This document shows positions 16,066-24,915 of a stretch of 56,995 nucleotides of DNA, in pieces. Each line of letters starts with the position of its first letter. Within the stretch, counting starts at the first letter, position 1. The stretch is from a virus. Where the stretch lies: the IMG/VR virus record IMGVR_UViG_3300044742_000148; one strand, 5' to 3'. The notes beneath the pieces were generated by a model that did not search any database, was not told the DNA's origin, and saw only the letters and a list, made by a program, of their open reading frames with translations. Position numbers and translations under genes: made by a program.

Positions 16066-16274
16066 TGCCCGCTTACCGGGTCGCCCTCGACCTCCGCTGC
16101 CAACAGGAGCGCTGCCCCCGCACCGCCACCCAGGAGGTCCGCAACACCGTCAACGCCTTCATCGGCCGCTACTGCATGGCCCACGCCGAGCAGATGGTGA
16201 CCCGCCTCAACGACGGCTGCCGCCCCGAGCCGACCAGCCCGCCCGCCTGGGCCCAACGCCAGAGGGAGCTGTGA
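16062..16274 (+). CDS. Hypothetical small protein
   Basis: GTG 16062 (GTGA overlap) or ATG 16065 (TGATG overlap). ORF runs to 16274. Confidence 0.55.
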   Translation: MMPAYRVALDLRCQQERCPRTATQEVRNTVNAFIGRYCMAHAEQMVTRLNDGCRPEPTSPPAWAQRQREL

Positions 16275-16456
16275 TGGCGTCCTGGCCACCCGAGTACCCG
16301 CCTCTCGAGCATTGGCCGCAGCGTCTCCGCTTCTGCCCGTGCGGGCTCGCCATGTTCGTCGTGGCGCCCGCCGACGGGGGCCCTGACGAGTGGATCTACG
16401 CCTGCGACGACTGCGACCCGCACCTGTTCCCCCCACGCCCCGAGGAGACACCGTGA
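16274..16456 (+). CDS. Hypothetical small protein
   Basis: ATG 16274 in a TGATG overlap (GTG 16271 is an alternative start). MASWPPEYPPLEHW... Confidence 0.5.
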   Translation: MASWPPEYPPLEHWPQRLRFCPCGLAMFVVAPADGGPDEWIYACDDCDPHLFPPRPEETP

Positions 16457-16917
16457 CCGCCCGCAACGCCTTCCTGGCCGGAGCTCTGCTCGGCCTGACC
16501 CCCTGGCTCGTCCACCGCCTCGACCGCTACCTCCGGGAGCCGTGGAACGACTCCGGGCCCATCGAGGAGTGGTGGCGGACCCAGACTTGGAAGCAGCGCC
16601 GCTGGGTCACCGACCTCCCCGAGAAGGCCGGAGGCTGGATCGTGGCCCGCCCCCCAGCGCACCCCATCCTCGCCACCCGCCGCTTCCGGGTCGAGTACGA
16701 GTGCCACTGCATCCACGGGCCCGAGTTCGGCTGGGCCCCGTACAAGGTCGGCGAGTCATGGCACTGGACGTTGAAGGGCGCCGAGTTCAAGCGCCGCCAC
16801 CGCCCGCCCAGGCGCACGTACATGCGGGCCGTCGGGCTCGGCTCCGGGCTGATGGTCACCAAGATCGACCGCCGCACAGCGTCGGGCTGGCTGCCCCAGG
16901 GAGAGCCCCGTGACTGA
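16453..16917 (+). CDS. Hypothetical protein with N-terminal TM helix
   Basis: GTG 16453 in a GTGA overlap. AFLAGALLGLTPWLV. Confidence 0.55.
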   Translation: MTARNAFLAGALLGLTPWLVHRLDRYLREPWNDSGPIEEWWRTQTWKQRRWVTDLPEKAGGWIVARPPAHPILATRRFRVEYECHCIHGPEFGWAPYKVGESWHWTLKGAEFKRRHRPPRRTYMRAVGLGSGLMVTKIDRRTASGWLPQGEPRD

Positions 16918-17051
16918 CTGTTCGGCCCGCCTGCCCCGTGCAGCGTTGTTCGGGGGCCTCATCGACTGCACGTGCCGCCTCCCCTCGGCCACCCGGTCCT
17001 CTGCCCGGGGGCTCTCCTGCGTCTCCACCCCCCAGGCGTACACTCCCCCGC

Positions 17052-17690
17052 ATGGCACGCCCCCGCAACAGCTCCCTCCCCGACGAGGGCGGGCAGCCCT
17101 CCCGCATCAGCGAAGTCGTCCGCTACCGGGAAGCCACCGACGCCGACGGCGTGACCAACATGGTCCCCTTCACCCTCGGCGAACAGATAGTCGAACGGGT
17201 CCGCACCGGCCTCGACCTCACCGACGCCGCCGCCTCCGCCAACATCACCAAGCAGACCATCTGGAACTGGCGCCGAAGGGGAGCCCTCAACCGGGCCCTC
17301 CTCGCCCAAGGCAAACCCCTCGCCACCGACGACGGAGACGCCTACGTCAAGTTCGTTGATGCACTGGAAAGAGCCGAAGCCGAGGCAGAGCTCGTCCGCC
17401 TCGCCATCATCCAGAGGGCCGCCGAAGGGGGCTTCAAGACAACCCGGGAGACGATCAAGTACGACGCCGCCGGGGACGTCCTGGAGCGCACCGTCGTGAC
17501 GGAGGTCAGCCTGCCGCAGTGGACGGCAGCCGCCTGGTATCTGGAGCGCCGCCACGCCCGCAAGTACGGCCGCAAGAGCCAGCTCGCCGCCGAGGCGCTG
17601 TCGGGCCTCCTCCACGCCCACGACGACGGAGACGACGAGGCGCTGCGCACGGAGGCGCTGATCGCCATGGCCCAGGAGTTCGGCACGTAG
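17052..17690 (+). CDS. Terminase small subunit (putative)
   Basis: Lies immediately upstream of the large terminase. HTH-like ANITKQTIWNWRRRGAL. Internal ATG of ORF 16938..17690. Confidence 0.6.
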   Translation: MARPRNSSLPDEGGQPSRISEVVRYREATDADGVTNMVPFTLGEQIVERVRTGLDLTDAAASANITKQTIWNWRRRGALNRALLAQGKPLATDDGDAYVKFVDALERAEAEAELVRLAIIQRAAEGGFKTTRETIKYDAAGDVLERTVVTEVSLPQWTAAAWYLERRHARKYGRKSQLAAEALSGLLHAHDDGDDEALRTEALIAMAQEFGT

Positions 17691-17701
17691 GCTCCCCGCT
17701 C

Positions 17702-19432
17702 ATGGCAGCCCGGGCGCCCAACCGAGACGCCCAGGCCGCCGAGCTGTTGGCGGTCATCCACGGCATGAAGCCCGCCCGCCGGGCCCTGTTCCTCAGCGCC
17801 CTCCCCGTGGAGGACAAGGCGCTGGTGGAGCGGGCCTACGCCCTCCACCAGCAGACAGGCTGGCGGGCCCACCCGGCCGCCATGTGGGCTCACCTCGACG
17901 GCCGGGAGCTCTGGCCGTACGTGGTGCTCCTGTCCGAGACGTTCGCCCGGGCGCTCATGGGCCTCGGCCCCACCAAGGTGATCGAGAACCTGCCCAGCCA
18001 GATGGGTAAGACGACGGGCCTGATGGACGACGCCCTCTGGGCGCTCGACTTCGACCCTCGCCTCCGGGTCATGTACGTCACCTACGACGTCAACAAGGCG
18101 GAGGAGCTCGGGGGCGACTGCCGTGACCTCGCCGAGGTCCACAGCGCCGACCTCCGCTTCCGCCTCCGCAAGGACCGGAGCGCCAAGGGCCAGTGGAAAA
18201 CGGACCAGGGCGGAGGCATGTACTGCACCGGCATCAACGGTGCGATCACCGGCTACCCGGCCGACGTGCTCCTGTTGGACGACCTGTTCAAGGGCTGGGA
18301 GACGGCCCACAGCGAGACGCAACGTGAGCACGCCTGGGCCATCTACCGCTCGCAGTGCCGCCTCCGCATCCAGGGGCCACACTGCCCGGTCATCAACGCC
18401 GGTACCCGCTGGCACCGGGACGACATCACAGGGAAGCTCCTCGACGCCGCTCTCGCCGACCCGGCCGCCGACCAGTGGCACCACATCCGTCTCCCCGCCA
18501 TCGCAGAGGCCCCCGACCCGCTGAACGTGGACCCGTCGTTGCGCACCCCCGACCCGCTCGGCCGGGCCCCCGGAGAGCTCCTGGAGGCCCGACGCTTCCC
18601 CGAGGAGGAGGTCAAGGCCCGCCAGGTGGTGCTCGGCTCGTACCTGTGGGCTGCGATGGAGCAGCAGCGGCCCGCCCCCGAAGAGGGCAACATCGTCAAG
18701 CGGGCCTGGTTCCGACTGGAGGCACAGCTCCCCCCGCACGCAGACGAGTGGATCAGCAGCTGGGACTTGAAGCTGAAGGACAAGGAGGAGGGCGACTTCG
18801 TGGTCGGGCAAGTGTGGGCCCGCACGGGGGGCGACATGTGGCTGTGCGACCAGCTGCGAGGCAAGTGGGGCCAGGAAAAGACGATCCTCGCCATCGCCCT
18901 CCTCCAGGTCCGCTGGCCGCAGGTGAACGCCCACCACGTGGAGTGGGCTGGCAACGCCCCCGAGGTCATGAAGGCCCTCCGCCAGGCCGCCCCCGCCTAC
19001 GTGGTGTCCGACGACGACGCCGACGAGCTCGGCATGACCCAGACGGAGCGAGCTCTCGTGCAGGAGCTCCGCCGGCACGGCCTCCCCGGCCTGTTGGGGA
19101 ACCCGGTCAAGGGCGACAAGGCGGTGCGCCTCCGAGCGCAGGTGCCGTACATCGAAGCGGGCAACGTCCACGTGCTCGAGACGGCCTCGTGGCTGCCCGG
19201 GTACCTGGACGAGATGGCCGCCTTCCCGAACGGGTCGCACGCCGATCAGGTGGATGCGACGAGCCAGGCGCTGCTGAAGCTCGCCAAGGGCCCGGCCACT
19301 GCGGGCCCGCCTCCGGCAGGGCCGTTGCCCAACCGGCCGCACACGGGCCCTGGGTTGGCCGCTGCGCCCTCGTTGCGTGGGGGTGGGGCGTTGGGCAGCC
19401 CGGCCCGTAGCGGCCCCAGGAGGGTCAGGTAG
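17702..19432 (+). CDS. Terminase large subunit
   Basis: Walker A-like NLPSQMGKTTG, Walker B VLLLDDLF, C-terminal nuclease-like GSHADQVDATSQAL. Internal ATG of ORF 17519..19432. Low-complexity 50-aa tail. Confidence 0.8.
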   Translation: MAARAPNRDAQAAELLAVIHGMKPARRALFLSALPVEDKALVERAYALHQQTGWRAHPAAMWAHLDGRELWPYVVLLSETFARALMGLGPTKVIENLPSQMGKTTGLMDDALWALDFDPRLRVMYVTYDVNKAEELGGDCRDLAEVHSADLRFRLRKDRSAKGQWKTDQGGGMYCTGINGAITGYPADVLLLDDLFKGWETAHSETQREHAWAIYRSQCRLRIQGPHCPVINAGTRWHRDDITGKLLDAALADPAADQWHHIRLPAIAEAPDPLNVDPSLRTPDPLGRAPGELLEARRFPEEEVKARQVVLGSYLWAAMEQQRPAPEEGNIVKRAWFRLEAQLPPHADEWISSWDLKLKDKEEGDFVVGQVWARTGGDMWLCDQLRGKWGQEKTILAIALLQVRWPQVNAHHVEWAGNAPEVMKALRQAAPAYVVSDDDADELGMTQTERALVQELRRHGLPGLLGNPVKGDKAVRLRAQVPYIEAGNVHVLETASWLPGYLDEMAAFPNGSHADQVDATSQALLKLAKGPATAGPPPAGPLPNRPHTGPGLAAAPSLRGGGALGSPARSGPRRVR

Positions 19433-19643
19433 CCACGCTGATGACGGCCCACAGGAGGGCCGAGAGGATCAGCCACCCTCCGGCCACGATGGCGATGACG
19501 ATCGCCCACGCCCGGAAGTGGTTCCGCCAGGGGATGGGCGGCCCCGTGTCGGCCACCCTCCGGCCGCCGACCTCGTAGATGCCCGGGTTGCGAGGCGCCC
19601 CGGCCCTTGGCTGAGGCTCGACCTTGGGCTCACCCCAGCCCAT
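19425..19643 (-). CDS. Small membrane protein (72 aa)
   Basis: ATG 19643 shares its A with the upstream TGA (TGATG). C-terminal TM helix AWAIVIAIVAGGWLILSALLWAVI. Confidence 0.6.
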   Translation of the reverse strand: MGWGEPKVEPQPRAGAPRNPGIYEVGGRRVADTGPPIPWRNHFRAWAIVIAIVAGGWLILSALLWAVISVAT

Positions 19644-19903
19644 CAGCGACAGCTCCGGCACCCGGTCCGGTCCTGCACCGCCGTGTAGGCGCCCTCCGCC
19701 GTGGTGATGCGCCACGTCCTGTTCCCCACCTTCGAGACGGACAGGACGCCCTCGACCTCCTCGTTGACGGTGCCGTCTGCGGACCGGAGCGCCAGCTTGC
19801 CTCCACGAGTGAGGAGCTGGACCTTGCCCCAGGACCGTTGCGGCCCGCCGTTCAACGGGTCGAACGTGACGGATGATGCCCTGAAAGCAGCGGTGGCGGC
19901 CAT
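19643..19903 (-). CDS. Hypothetical protein (86 aa)
   Basis: ORF 19643..19903 on the minus strand with coding-like composition (MAATAAFRASSVTFDPLNGG...). Confidence 0.6.
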   Translation of the reverse strand: MAATAAFRASSVTFDPLNGGPQRSWGKVQLLTRGGKLALRSADGTVNEEVEGVLSVSKVGNRTWRITTAEGAYTAVQDRTGCRSCR

Positions 19904-19946
19904 GGCCAGCCACGCTACCCCGGGGAGCTCTCCCGGGCCGGGTTGG

Positions 19947-20222
19947 TCAGGCCGGGTCGCCGACCCGCCGGATCGTGATGAAGCACAGCATCGTGTGCGG
20001 CGTGCGATTCTCCATGAACAGGGTGCCGTCGCCGTTGACCGTCTGGTGCTTCCCGTCGCCGACGCAGTTGATCGCCGTCTCCGTCCGCCCGACCTTGGCG
20101 TCGATGGAGATGCCGACCGACACCTTGGGTGTGGGCGCCTGGCGTGGAGCGGCAGCCACGACGTTCACCCAGAGGCCGACCGGCCAGACTGCGATGCAGG
20201 CGACGAGCAGGACACGGCGCAT
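19947..20222 (-). CDS. Secreted or lipoprotein-like small protein (91 aa)
   Basis: Internal ATG 20222 in a TGATG overlap with the MerR-like gene. MRRVLLVACIAVWPVGLWVNVVAAAP is signal-like, with a possible LVAC lipobox. Confidence 0.6.
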   Translation of the reverse strand: MRRVLLVACIAVWPVGLWVNVVAAAPRQAPTPKVSVGISIDAKVGRTETAINCVGDGKHQTVNGDGTLFMENRTPHTMLCFITIRRVGDPA

Positions 20223-20608
20223 CAGGCGAGGGCGAGCTCGTGCTGCCCGGCCCGGTCCCAGCACCAGCCGAGGTCGATGACCCAACCGGCGCCCTCGCTC
20301 AGGTGCGGAGTGTCGCCGAGCTCTCGCCGGGCGCCAGCCGGGTCGGGCGTGACCACCAGCACCCCAGCCCACGGGCCCGGAAGCTCCATCGCCCACTCCG
20401 CCATCGAGGCGAGCGTGGAGTAGTCCGCCCCGAGCCGGAACAGGCAGCCCCACAGCGCCGTGACGGCCACGTGCCGAGGGTGCCACTCTCGGGAGACACC
20501 AGAGCCGGGGCGTGCGGGGACGTCCGGGTAGAGGCCCATGCGGTGCCAGTAGTCCAGCTGCCGGTAGGTGACGCCCGCCTGGCGGCAGACGTCTGCTGAT
20601 GTCAACAC
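20222..20608 (-). CDS. MerR-family HTH DNA-binding protein
   Basis: RBS gaggagg 7 nt before GTG 20608. VLTSADVCRQAGVTYRQLDYWHRMGL is a MerR-type HTH. Confidence 0.7.
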   Translation of the reverse strand: MLTSADVCRQAGVTYRQLDYWHRMGLYPDVPARPGSGVSREWHPRHVAVTALWGCLFRLGADYSTLASMAEWAMELPGPWAGVLVVTPDPAGARRELGDTPHLSEGAGWVIDLGWCWDRAGQHELALA

Positions 20609-20683
20609 GGGCTCACCTCCTCGTCCACGGCGCACACCTTCGAGCGTATCCACAGCCTGGGGACTGCGCTGGTGATACCCCGA

Positions 20684-20693
20684 CGAACGTTCG
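20684..20693. promoter_or_regulatory. 10-bp perfect palindrome CGAACGTTCG in the divergent intergenic region
   Basis: Read directly. It lies 76 nt upstream of the minus-strand MerR-like start and 23 nt before promoter copy E. Confidence 0.3.
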
Positions 20694-20715
20694 GTAAACG
20701 GGCAGGCTCCGCCGG

Positions 20716-20748
20716 GTAGACGCCGGGGGCTAACCCGGGTTAGTCTGG
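20716..20748 (+). promoter_or_regulatory. Phage promoter/operator motif copy E
   Basis: GTAGAC-N7-GCTAACCCGGGTTAGTCTGG with the perfect palindrome CTAACCCGGGTTAG at 20730..20743, followed by RBS aggagg and ATG 20777. Confidence 0.6.
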
Positions 20749-20776
20749 AGGGACCACAGAGCCCCAGGAGGCCGCA

Positions 20777-21646
20777 ATGACGATCGCCGAGTACCCCGAG
20801 AACAGCCTGCAGACGCTGATCGACCTGTACGCCGAGGTCTACGGCCTCACCGACCCGTGCCACATCATGGACTCCCTCCACGCCGCCGGGATGCTCAACG
20901 AGGCCGGGCTGTTCGAGGACACGGTCCGGGTCGCCACCGGCAAGGGTCGCCCGGTCGCCCTCCCGCTCGACGGGCGTGAGGTGCCCCGCCGGGAGCGCCA
21001 GGTCAAGTCCACCGTCGCCCACAGCGGCAAGGTCCACGAGGGCCCGGCCCGCCGTCAGGGCTCCCAGTGGGGCACCAAGGCCGCCACCCCGGCCCCCAAG
21101 CCCGAGACGCCCACGGTCACCACGGTCACCTACCGCAAGCACCAGGACGTCTGGGCGCTCCAGGTGACGGGCCCCGTCCCCGCCGAGGGCACCGAGGTCA
21201 CGGTCGCCAAGCGTGACGGCACCACCAAGGTCGAGACGGCCGGAGCTGTCCTCGCCCGCTTCGCCGAGGCCACCATCGTCGCCATCGCCAAGACGGCTCG
21301 CAGCACCGGCACCCCGGCCGCCCCGACCGTCCCCGCAGGCCACTACGCCACCCCTTCCCGGACCGGCAACAACGACCTGGACTTCTGGGCCGTAGACGTC
21401 CCGACCGACGGCAAGTGGGCCGGGTACACCTTCGTCAGCCGGGTCATCGGCGGGCACGAGGACACCAGGGTCCGGGGGGCCGAAGCCCGCCAGGCCCTCG
21501 ACGCCATCGCCGCCTTCGGCCCCCAGGACGCAGCGAAGGCCTACGGACGGGCCATCGGCCGCTGTGGCCGCTGCAACCGGCACCTCACCGACGAGACGAG
21601 CCGCACCCTCGGGCTCGGCCCCGAGTGCGCCCAGAAGGGCTGGTGA
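20777..21646 (+). CDS. Hypothetical protein with C-terminal CxxC...C motif (DUF6011-like)
   Basis: ORF 20777..21646. C-terminus IGRCGRCNRHLTDETSRTLGLGPECAQKGW. Confidence 0.65.
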   Translation: MTIAEYPENSLQTLIDLYAEVYGLTDPCHIMDSLHAAGMLNEAGLFEDTVRVATGKGRPVALPLDGREVPRRERQVKSTVAHSGKVHEGPARRQGSQWGTKAATPAPKPETPTVTTVTYRKHQDVWALQVTGPVPAEGTEVTVAKRDGTTKVETAGAVLARFAEATIVAIAKTARSTGTPAAPTVPAGHYATPSRTGNNDLDFWAVDVPTDGKWAGYTFVSRVIGGHEDTRVRGAEARQALDAIAAFGPQDAAKAYGRAIGRCGRCNRHLTDETSRTLGLGPECAQKGW

Positions 21647-21734
21647 TGTTGGCCCGCCCCCAGACGCACCCCAACCCCCAACGCAACCCCAACGACGGCC
21701 CCGGGCGAGAGCTCGGGGCCAAAGGAGACTCCCC

Positions 21735-22103
21735 ATGACCCACGCACGCTGCCTCGTCGTCACGGACGACGGGGACTACGACAGGGCGCTCGCCCCGTTC
21801 GACTTTGAAGGCCCGGGGGCCGAGGCCCACTGGGACTGGTACGTGCTCGGGGGCCGCTACACCGAGCGTGCCCTGGTCACGGCCGACGGCACGATGGTCC
21901 TGCAATGCCGCCGGGCCGAGTTGAACGTGGAGGCGACCGGCCCCTGCTTCGCTGTCCTCACGAGCTCTGGCGAGTGGCACGAGAACCCCGACGCCTGGGG
22001 TGAGGGCCTGCCCGAGGGCAAGACGTGGCCCGAGACGTTCGCCAAGCTCGTGCTCGCCGAGAGCCCCGACGCCATCCTGTCGCTCGTGGACTTCCACTCA
22101 TGA
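21735..22103 (+). CDS. Hypothetical protein
   Basis: RBS aaaggag before ATG 21735 (internal start of ORF 21564..22103). Confidence 0.6.
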   Translation: MTHARCLVVTDDGDYDRALAPFDFEGPGAEAHWDWYVLGGRYTERALVTADGTMVLQCRRAELNVEATGPCFAVLTSSGEWHENPDAWGEGLPEGKTWPETFAKLVLAESPDAILSLVDFHS

Positions 22104-22618
22104 GCCTGACCCCAACCAAGACTTACACCGACCCGGAGGGCCGCCGCTACCGGGTGGGCGACCGCATCCGTCTCGTGTGCTGCACCGACCCGTACACCCA
22201 CCTGGAGCCGGGAGCTCTCGGGACCGTCACGGGCGGCCACGTCTCCGCCGTGTTCCCGATGGCGCTCTACGTCCAGTGGGACTCCGGCAGCACGCTGTCG
22301 CTGTGCCCCGACGCCGGGGACCGCTGGGAGCCCGAGGCGAGGGTGGTAGACACCGCCGCCACCCCGCCGGTAACCTCCCCGGCCGGAGCCCAGACCTTGC
22401 CCCAGTCCACGCTCAGCGCCCCCAGCGCCGACGACGTCGCCCGAGCCTCACGGCTCTGGGATGACGCCCAAGTTCAGGCCCTCGCCCGCCGTGGCGTGGA
22501 GGCCGAGCTTGTGGACGGCCGCATCTGTCTGACCCGCCGGGCTGTAGAGCATCTGATGCTCACCCTCCCGGTCCTGCCAGTCGAGTCCGCCGTGGGCGCA
22601 CGGCAACCGAGCGGCTGA
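22100..22618 (+). CDS. Hypothetical protein (N-terminal DUF4314-like domain)
   Basis: ATG 22100 in an ATGA overlap. YRVGDRIRLVCCTDPYTHLEPGALGTVTG...VQWDSGSTLSL. Confidence 0.6.
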   Translation: MSLTPTKTYTDPEGRRYRVGDRIRLVCCTDPYTHLEPGALGTVTGGHVSAVFPMALYVQWDSGSTLSLCPDAGDRWEPEARVVDTAATPPVTSPAGAQTLPQSTLSAPSADDVARASRLWDDAQVQALARRGVEAELVDGRICLTRRAVEHLMLTLPVLPVESAVGARQPSG

Positions 22619-22650
22619 GGTGGCGCCAGGGCGTCTCCGCCCTCTCTCTG

Positions 22651-23256
22651 ATGCTGTGCGCCGGGCTGGCTGCCTGTCAGCCTGGCCCGGCCGTTCTCCG
22701 GGAGCTTCCCGGGCACGACGCCGACGGCCCTGACCTCGGGACGGCAGAGGCCATCCTGGCCGCCGTCGCCGAGGCCCAGGCCGCCCCTGTCCTCCGGGAG
22801 GAGAGCTCCCAGCCAGAGGCGCAACCTCCGCCGCCTACTGCCACTCCGGCAATCGAGGGGCCCGCTCCGCTTGACCTCCGCTGGATGGCTGACCTCACCC
22901 CCCACCAGCTGATCAAGGTCGCCTTCGCCGAGCTCGGCGCCGCCAACGTGGAGAAGGCCCTGTACGTCGCATGCCGTGAGGGCGGCCTCGACAAGGGGCG
23001 CAGCATGGTGAACGGCAAGCGGGTGGACCCGTGCGATCCCCGCTACCGGCTGGTGGACAGCCAACCCCCCCGGGGCCCGGCCTGCTCGGCCGACAACCCC
23101 ACCAGCACCGCCTCAGGCCTGTTCCAGTACCTTCGGGGCTGGGCCGGATGGGGAGGGTACTCGTGGGCCGACATCGTGGGACCGGACTGTCTGACGGACG
23201 TGCTGATGACAGTGGCCGTGGTCAGGGGCCCGAGCGGCTGGGGCCCCTGGGAGTAG
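22651..23256 (+). CDS. Lytic transglycosylase-like (lysozyme-fold) secreted protein
   Basis: MLCAGLAAC is lipobox-like. C-terminal YVACREGG...NPTSTASGLFQYLRGWAGWGGY resembles the SLT/transglycosylase-like signature. Confidence 0.5.
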   Translation: MLCAGLAACQPGPAVLRELPGHDADGPDLGTAEAILAAVAEAQAAPVLREESSQPEAQPPPPTATPAIEGPAPLDLRWMADLTPHQLIKVAFAELGAANVEKALYVACREGGLDKGRSMVNGKRVDPCDPRYRLVDSQPPRGPACSADNPTSTASGLFQYLRGWAGWGGYSWADIVGPDCLTDVLMTVAVVRGPSGWGPWE

Positions 23257-23348
23257 ACGGGTGGCGGCAGGGCTACGCCACCTTCGACCTCGGCCGCCGA
23301 GCTCGGGCCGGGGCCGCCAGTCGCAAGATCGACCGTCTCGGCACCCGG

Positions 23349-23450
23349 GTGGACGGCCTCCTCGACCTGCTGCTGGCGTTGACCATCGGCGCCTGCGTCG
23401 GGGAGCTGTTGGCCGTCGCCCTGTTCGTCGCACTGGCGCTGTGGGGATGA
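23349..23450 (+). CDS. Possible very small membrane protein (33 aa)
   Basis: GTG 23349. LLDLLLALTIGACVGELLAVALFVALALWG. The stop overlaps the next ATG (ATGA). No clear RBS, so the start is uncertain. Confidence 0.3.
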   Translation: MDGLLDLLLALTIGACVGELLAVALFVALALWG

Positions 23451-23803
23451 CACCGGAGGGAGAGCTCGCCACGGACGCCCTGGCCATCGCCCGGCTGACC
23501 CGCCTCGTCACCCACGACGTCATCTCCCAGGGCCCACGCCAGGCCGTCATCCGCTGGGCCTACGCCCGAGACGGACGTGCCGGCGACTTGGCCGAGCTCG
23601 AGGAGTGGGGCGGCCCGGAGGAGGCTGTGGAGACGGACCGGAACCCGCCCAAGCTCGCTCGGCTGATCACGTGCCCGTGGTGTGCGGGCATGTGGGTCGC
23701 CCTCGGGGTGGTGGCGGCGAGACGAGTCGCACCTGGGCTGTGGCGTCCGCTGGCACGAGCTCTCGCCGCTTCGCAGGTCGCCGGGCTGGTGGCGAACCTG
23801 TGA
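23447..23803 (+). CDS. DUF1360-like membrane protein
   Basis: ATG 23447 in an ATGA overlap. IARLTRLVTHDVIS...LITCPWCAGMWVAL. Confidence 0.6.
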   Translation: MTPEGELATDALAIARLTRLVTHDVISQGPRQAVIRWAYARDGRAGDLAELEEWGGPEEAVETDRNPPKLARLITCPWCAGMWVALGVVAARRVAPGLWRPLARALAASQVAGLVANL

Positions 23804-24060
23804 GCGGCCCCGAGACGCCCGAGGTGGGCTCGGGGTGGGGGGCGCTCAACCAGGCCGCCCTTGACCGCATGGCCGCCGTCCGAGGGTGGCTGGACGAGTG
23901 CCTGTTCGGGGCTCGCACCCCGACGCCGGGGGAGCTGTCCCGCTGTGCAGGGCAGCTGCTCTACGCCGCCGGGGCTCTGCTGGACGCCTCCGCACTAGGC
24001 TCGCCTCCGGGGCCCGACGAGGCCCCAGACGCCAACCCAACGGAGGATGATCATGAGTGA
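23800..24060 (+). CDS. Hypothetical protein
   Basis: GTG 23800 in a GTGA overlap. Internal start of ORF 23605..24060. Confidence 0.55.
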   Translation: MSGPETPEVGSGWGALNQAALDRMAAVRGWLDECLFGARTPTPGELSRCAGQLLYAAGALLDASALGSPPGPDEAPDANPTEDDHE

Positions 24061-24487
24061 TACCGACCCGTTCTGCACGGGGCAGTACAGCTACTACGCC
24101 AACGCCAAGCTGCAGCCGGGCGCCGACATCGCCGGGCTGTTCCCGGCCGCCGCCGACGGCACGCCGTGGCCGGGCCGGGACACGGGCGAGACGCAGTGGG
24201 GCACCCTGTACCGCAACGCCGTGGAGGGCTTGTGGCTGCCGGTCTACATCCCCGAGGGATGCGACGGGTACGTGGCGGCAGTCGATCCGGTCACGGGCGA
24301 CAAGCTCCCGAGCGTGGTGCTGTACGCCAACACGAACCACAGCGCCGTCGCCAACCGGCTCTCCCCGCACGGGGAGGCGCACAGCTCCCCCGAGGTCGAT
24401 GCGGCACGCTTCGAGGAGGCGTGTGCGATCGGCCTGGAGTCGTGCACCTACACCTCCGGCTCGCCGTACGTGAAGGAGCTCGGGTGA
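24053..24487 (+). CDS. Hypothetical protein
   Basis: RBS cggagg 6 nt before ATG 24053 (ATG 24047 is an alternative start). Confidence 0.6.
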   Translation: MSDTDPFCTGQYSYYANAKLQPGADIAGLFPAAADGTPWPGRDTGETQWGTLYRNAVEGLWLPVYIPEGCDGYVAAVDPVTGDKLPSVVLYANTNHSAVANRLSPHGEAHSSPEVDAARFEEACAIGLESCTYTSGSPYVKELG

Positions 24488-24894
24488 GCACCTACCCGCA
24501 CGTCTCGCTTGGCGACGCCTACGACGAGCGCCAGGACGCCCGCCAGCAGGCCCCCGAGTACCGGGAGCACCGGGGCGTCTCCCCCGAGGCCCAGGAGCCA
24601 TCGGTGCACCAACAGCTCCGCCGCCTCGGCGACCTCGTGGACGAGGCCGAGAAGGGCATGGTGGGCCTCCTCGACGCCCGGGCCGGGCTGGAGAGTCGCA
24701 TCGGCCCCGTCCTCAGCCAGGTCGAGCCGATCAACGGCACCGGCATGATCGGCACCCGGGTCGCCACCGTGGGGCCCCGATGCGGCCTCGCCGCCGAGAT
24801 AGACCGGCAGTGCCTCAGGCTGGAGAGTCTGATCCAGGGCATGGACGTGGAGCAGCTACAGCTCCGGGGGCTCGCCCAGCGGGTAGAGGTCTGA
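24484..24894 (+). CDS. Hypothetical protein
   Basis: GTG 24484 in a GTGA overlap. Internal start of ORF 24166..24894. Confidence 0.55.
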   Translation: MSTYPHVSLGDAYDERQDARQQAPEYREHRGVSPEAQEPSVHQQLRRLGDLVDEAEKGMVGLLDARAGLESRIGPVLSQVEPINGTGMIGTRVATVGPRCGLAAEIDRQCLRLESLIQGMDVEQLQLRGLAQRVEV

Positions 24895-24915
24895 CAGTGG
24901 CTACGGTGGGGGCTC

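Noticed and set aside
19246-19432. Possibility that the terminase large subunit ends earlier and the low-complexity tail is non-coding
   Set aside because: There is no in-frame stop before 19430..19432. The competing ORFs in the region (19246..19509 minus strand, 18355..19410 + strand) look like shadow frames. I kept the full ORF but flagged the tail.
22620-22651. Upstream GTG (22620) that would give the transglycosylase-like protein a longer, more canonical lipoprotein signal peptide
   Set aside because: It is out of frame with ATG 22651. The in-frame upstream codons contain no ATG, GTG or TTG start.
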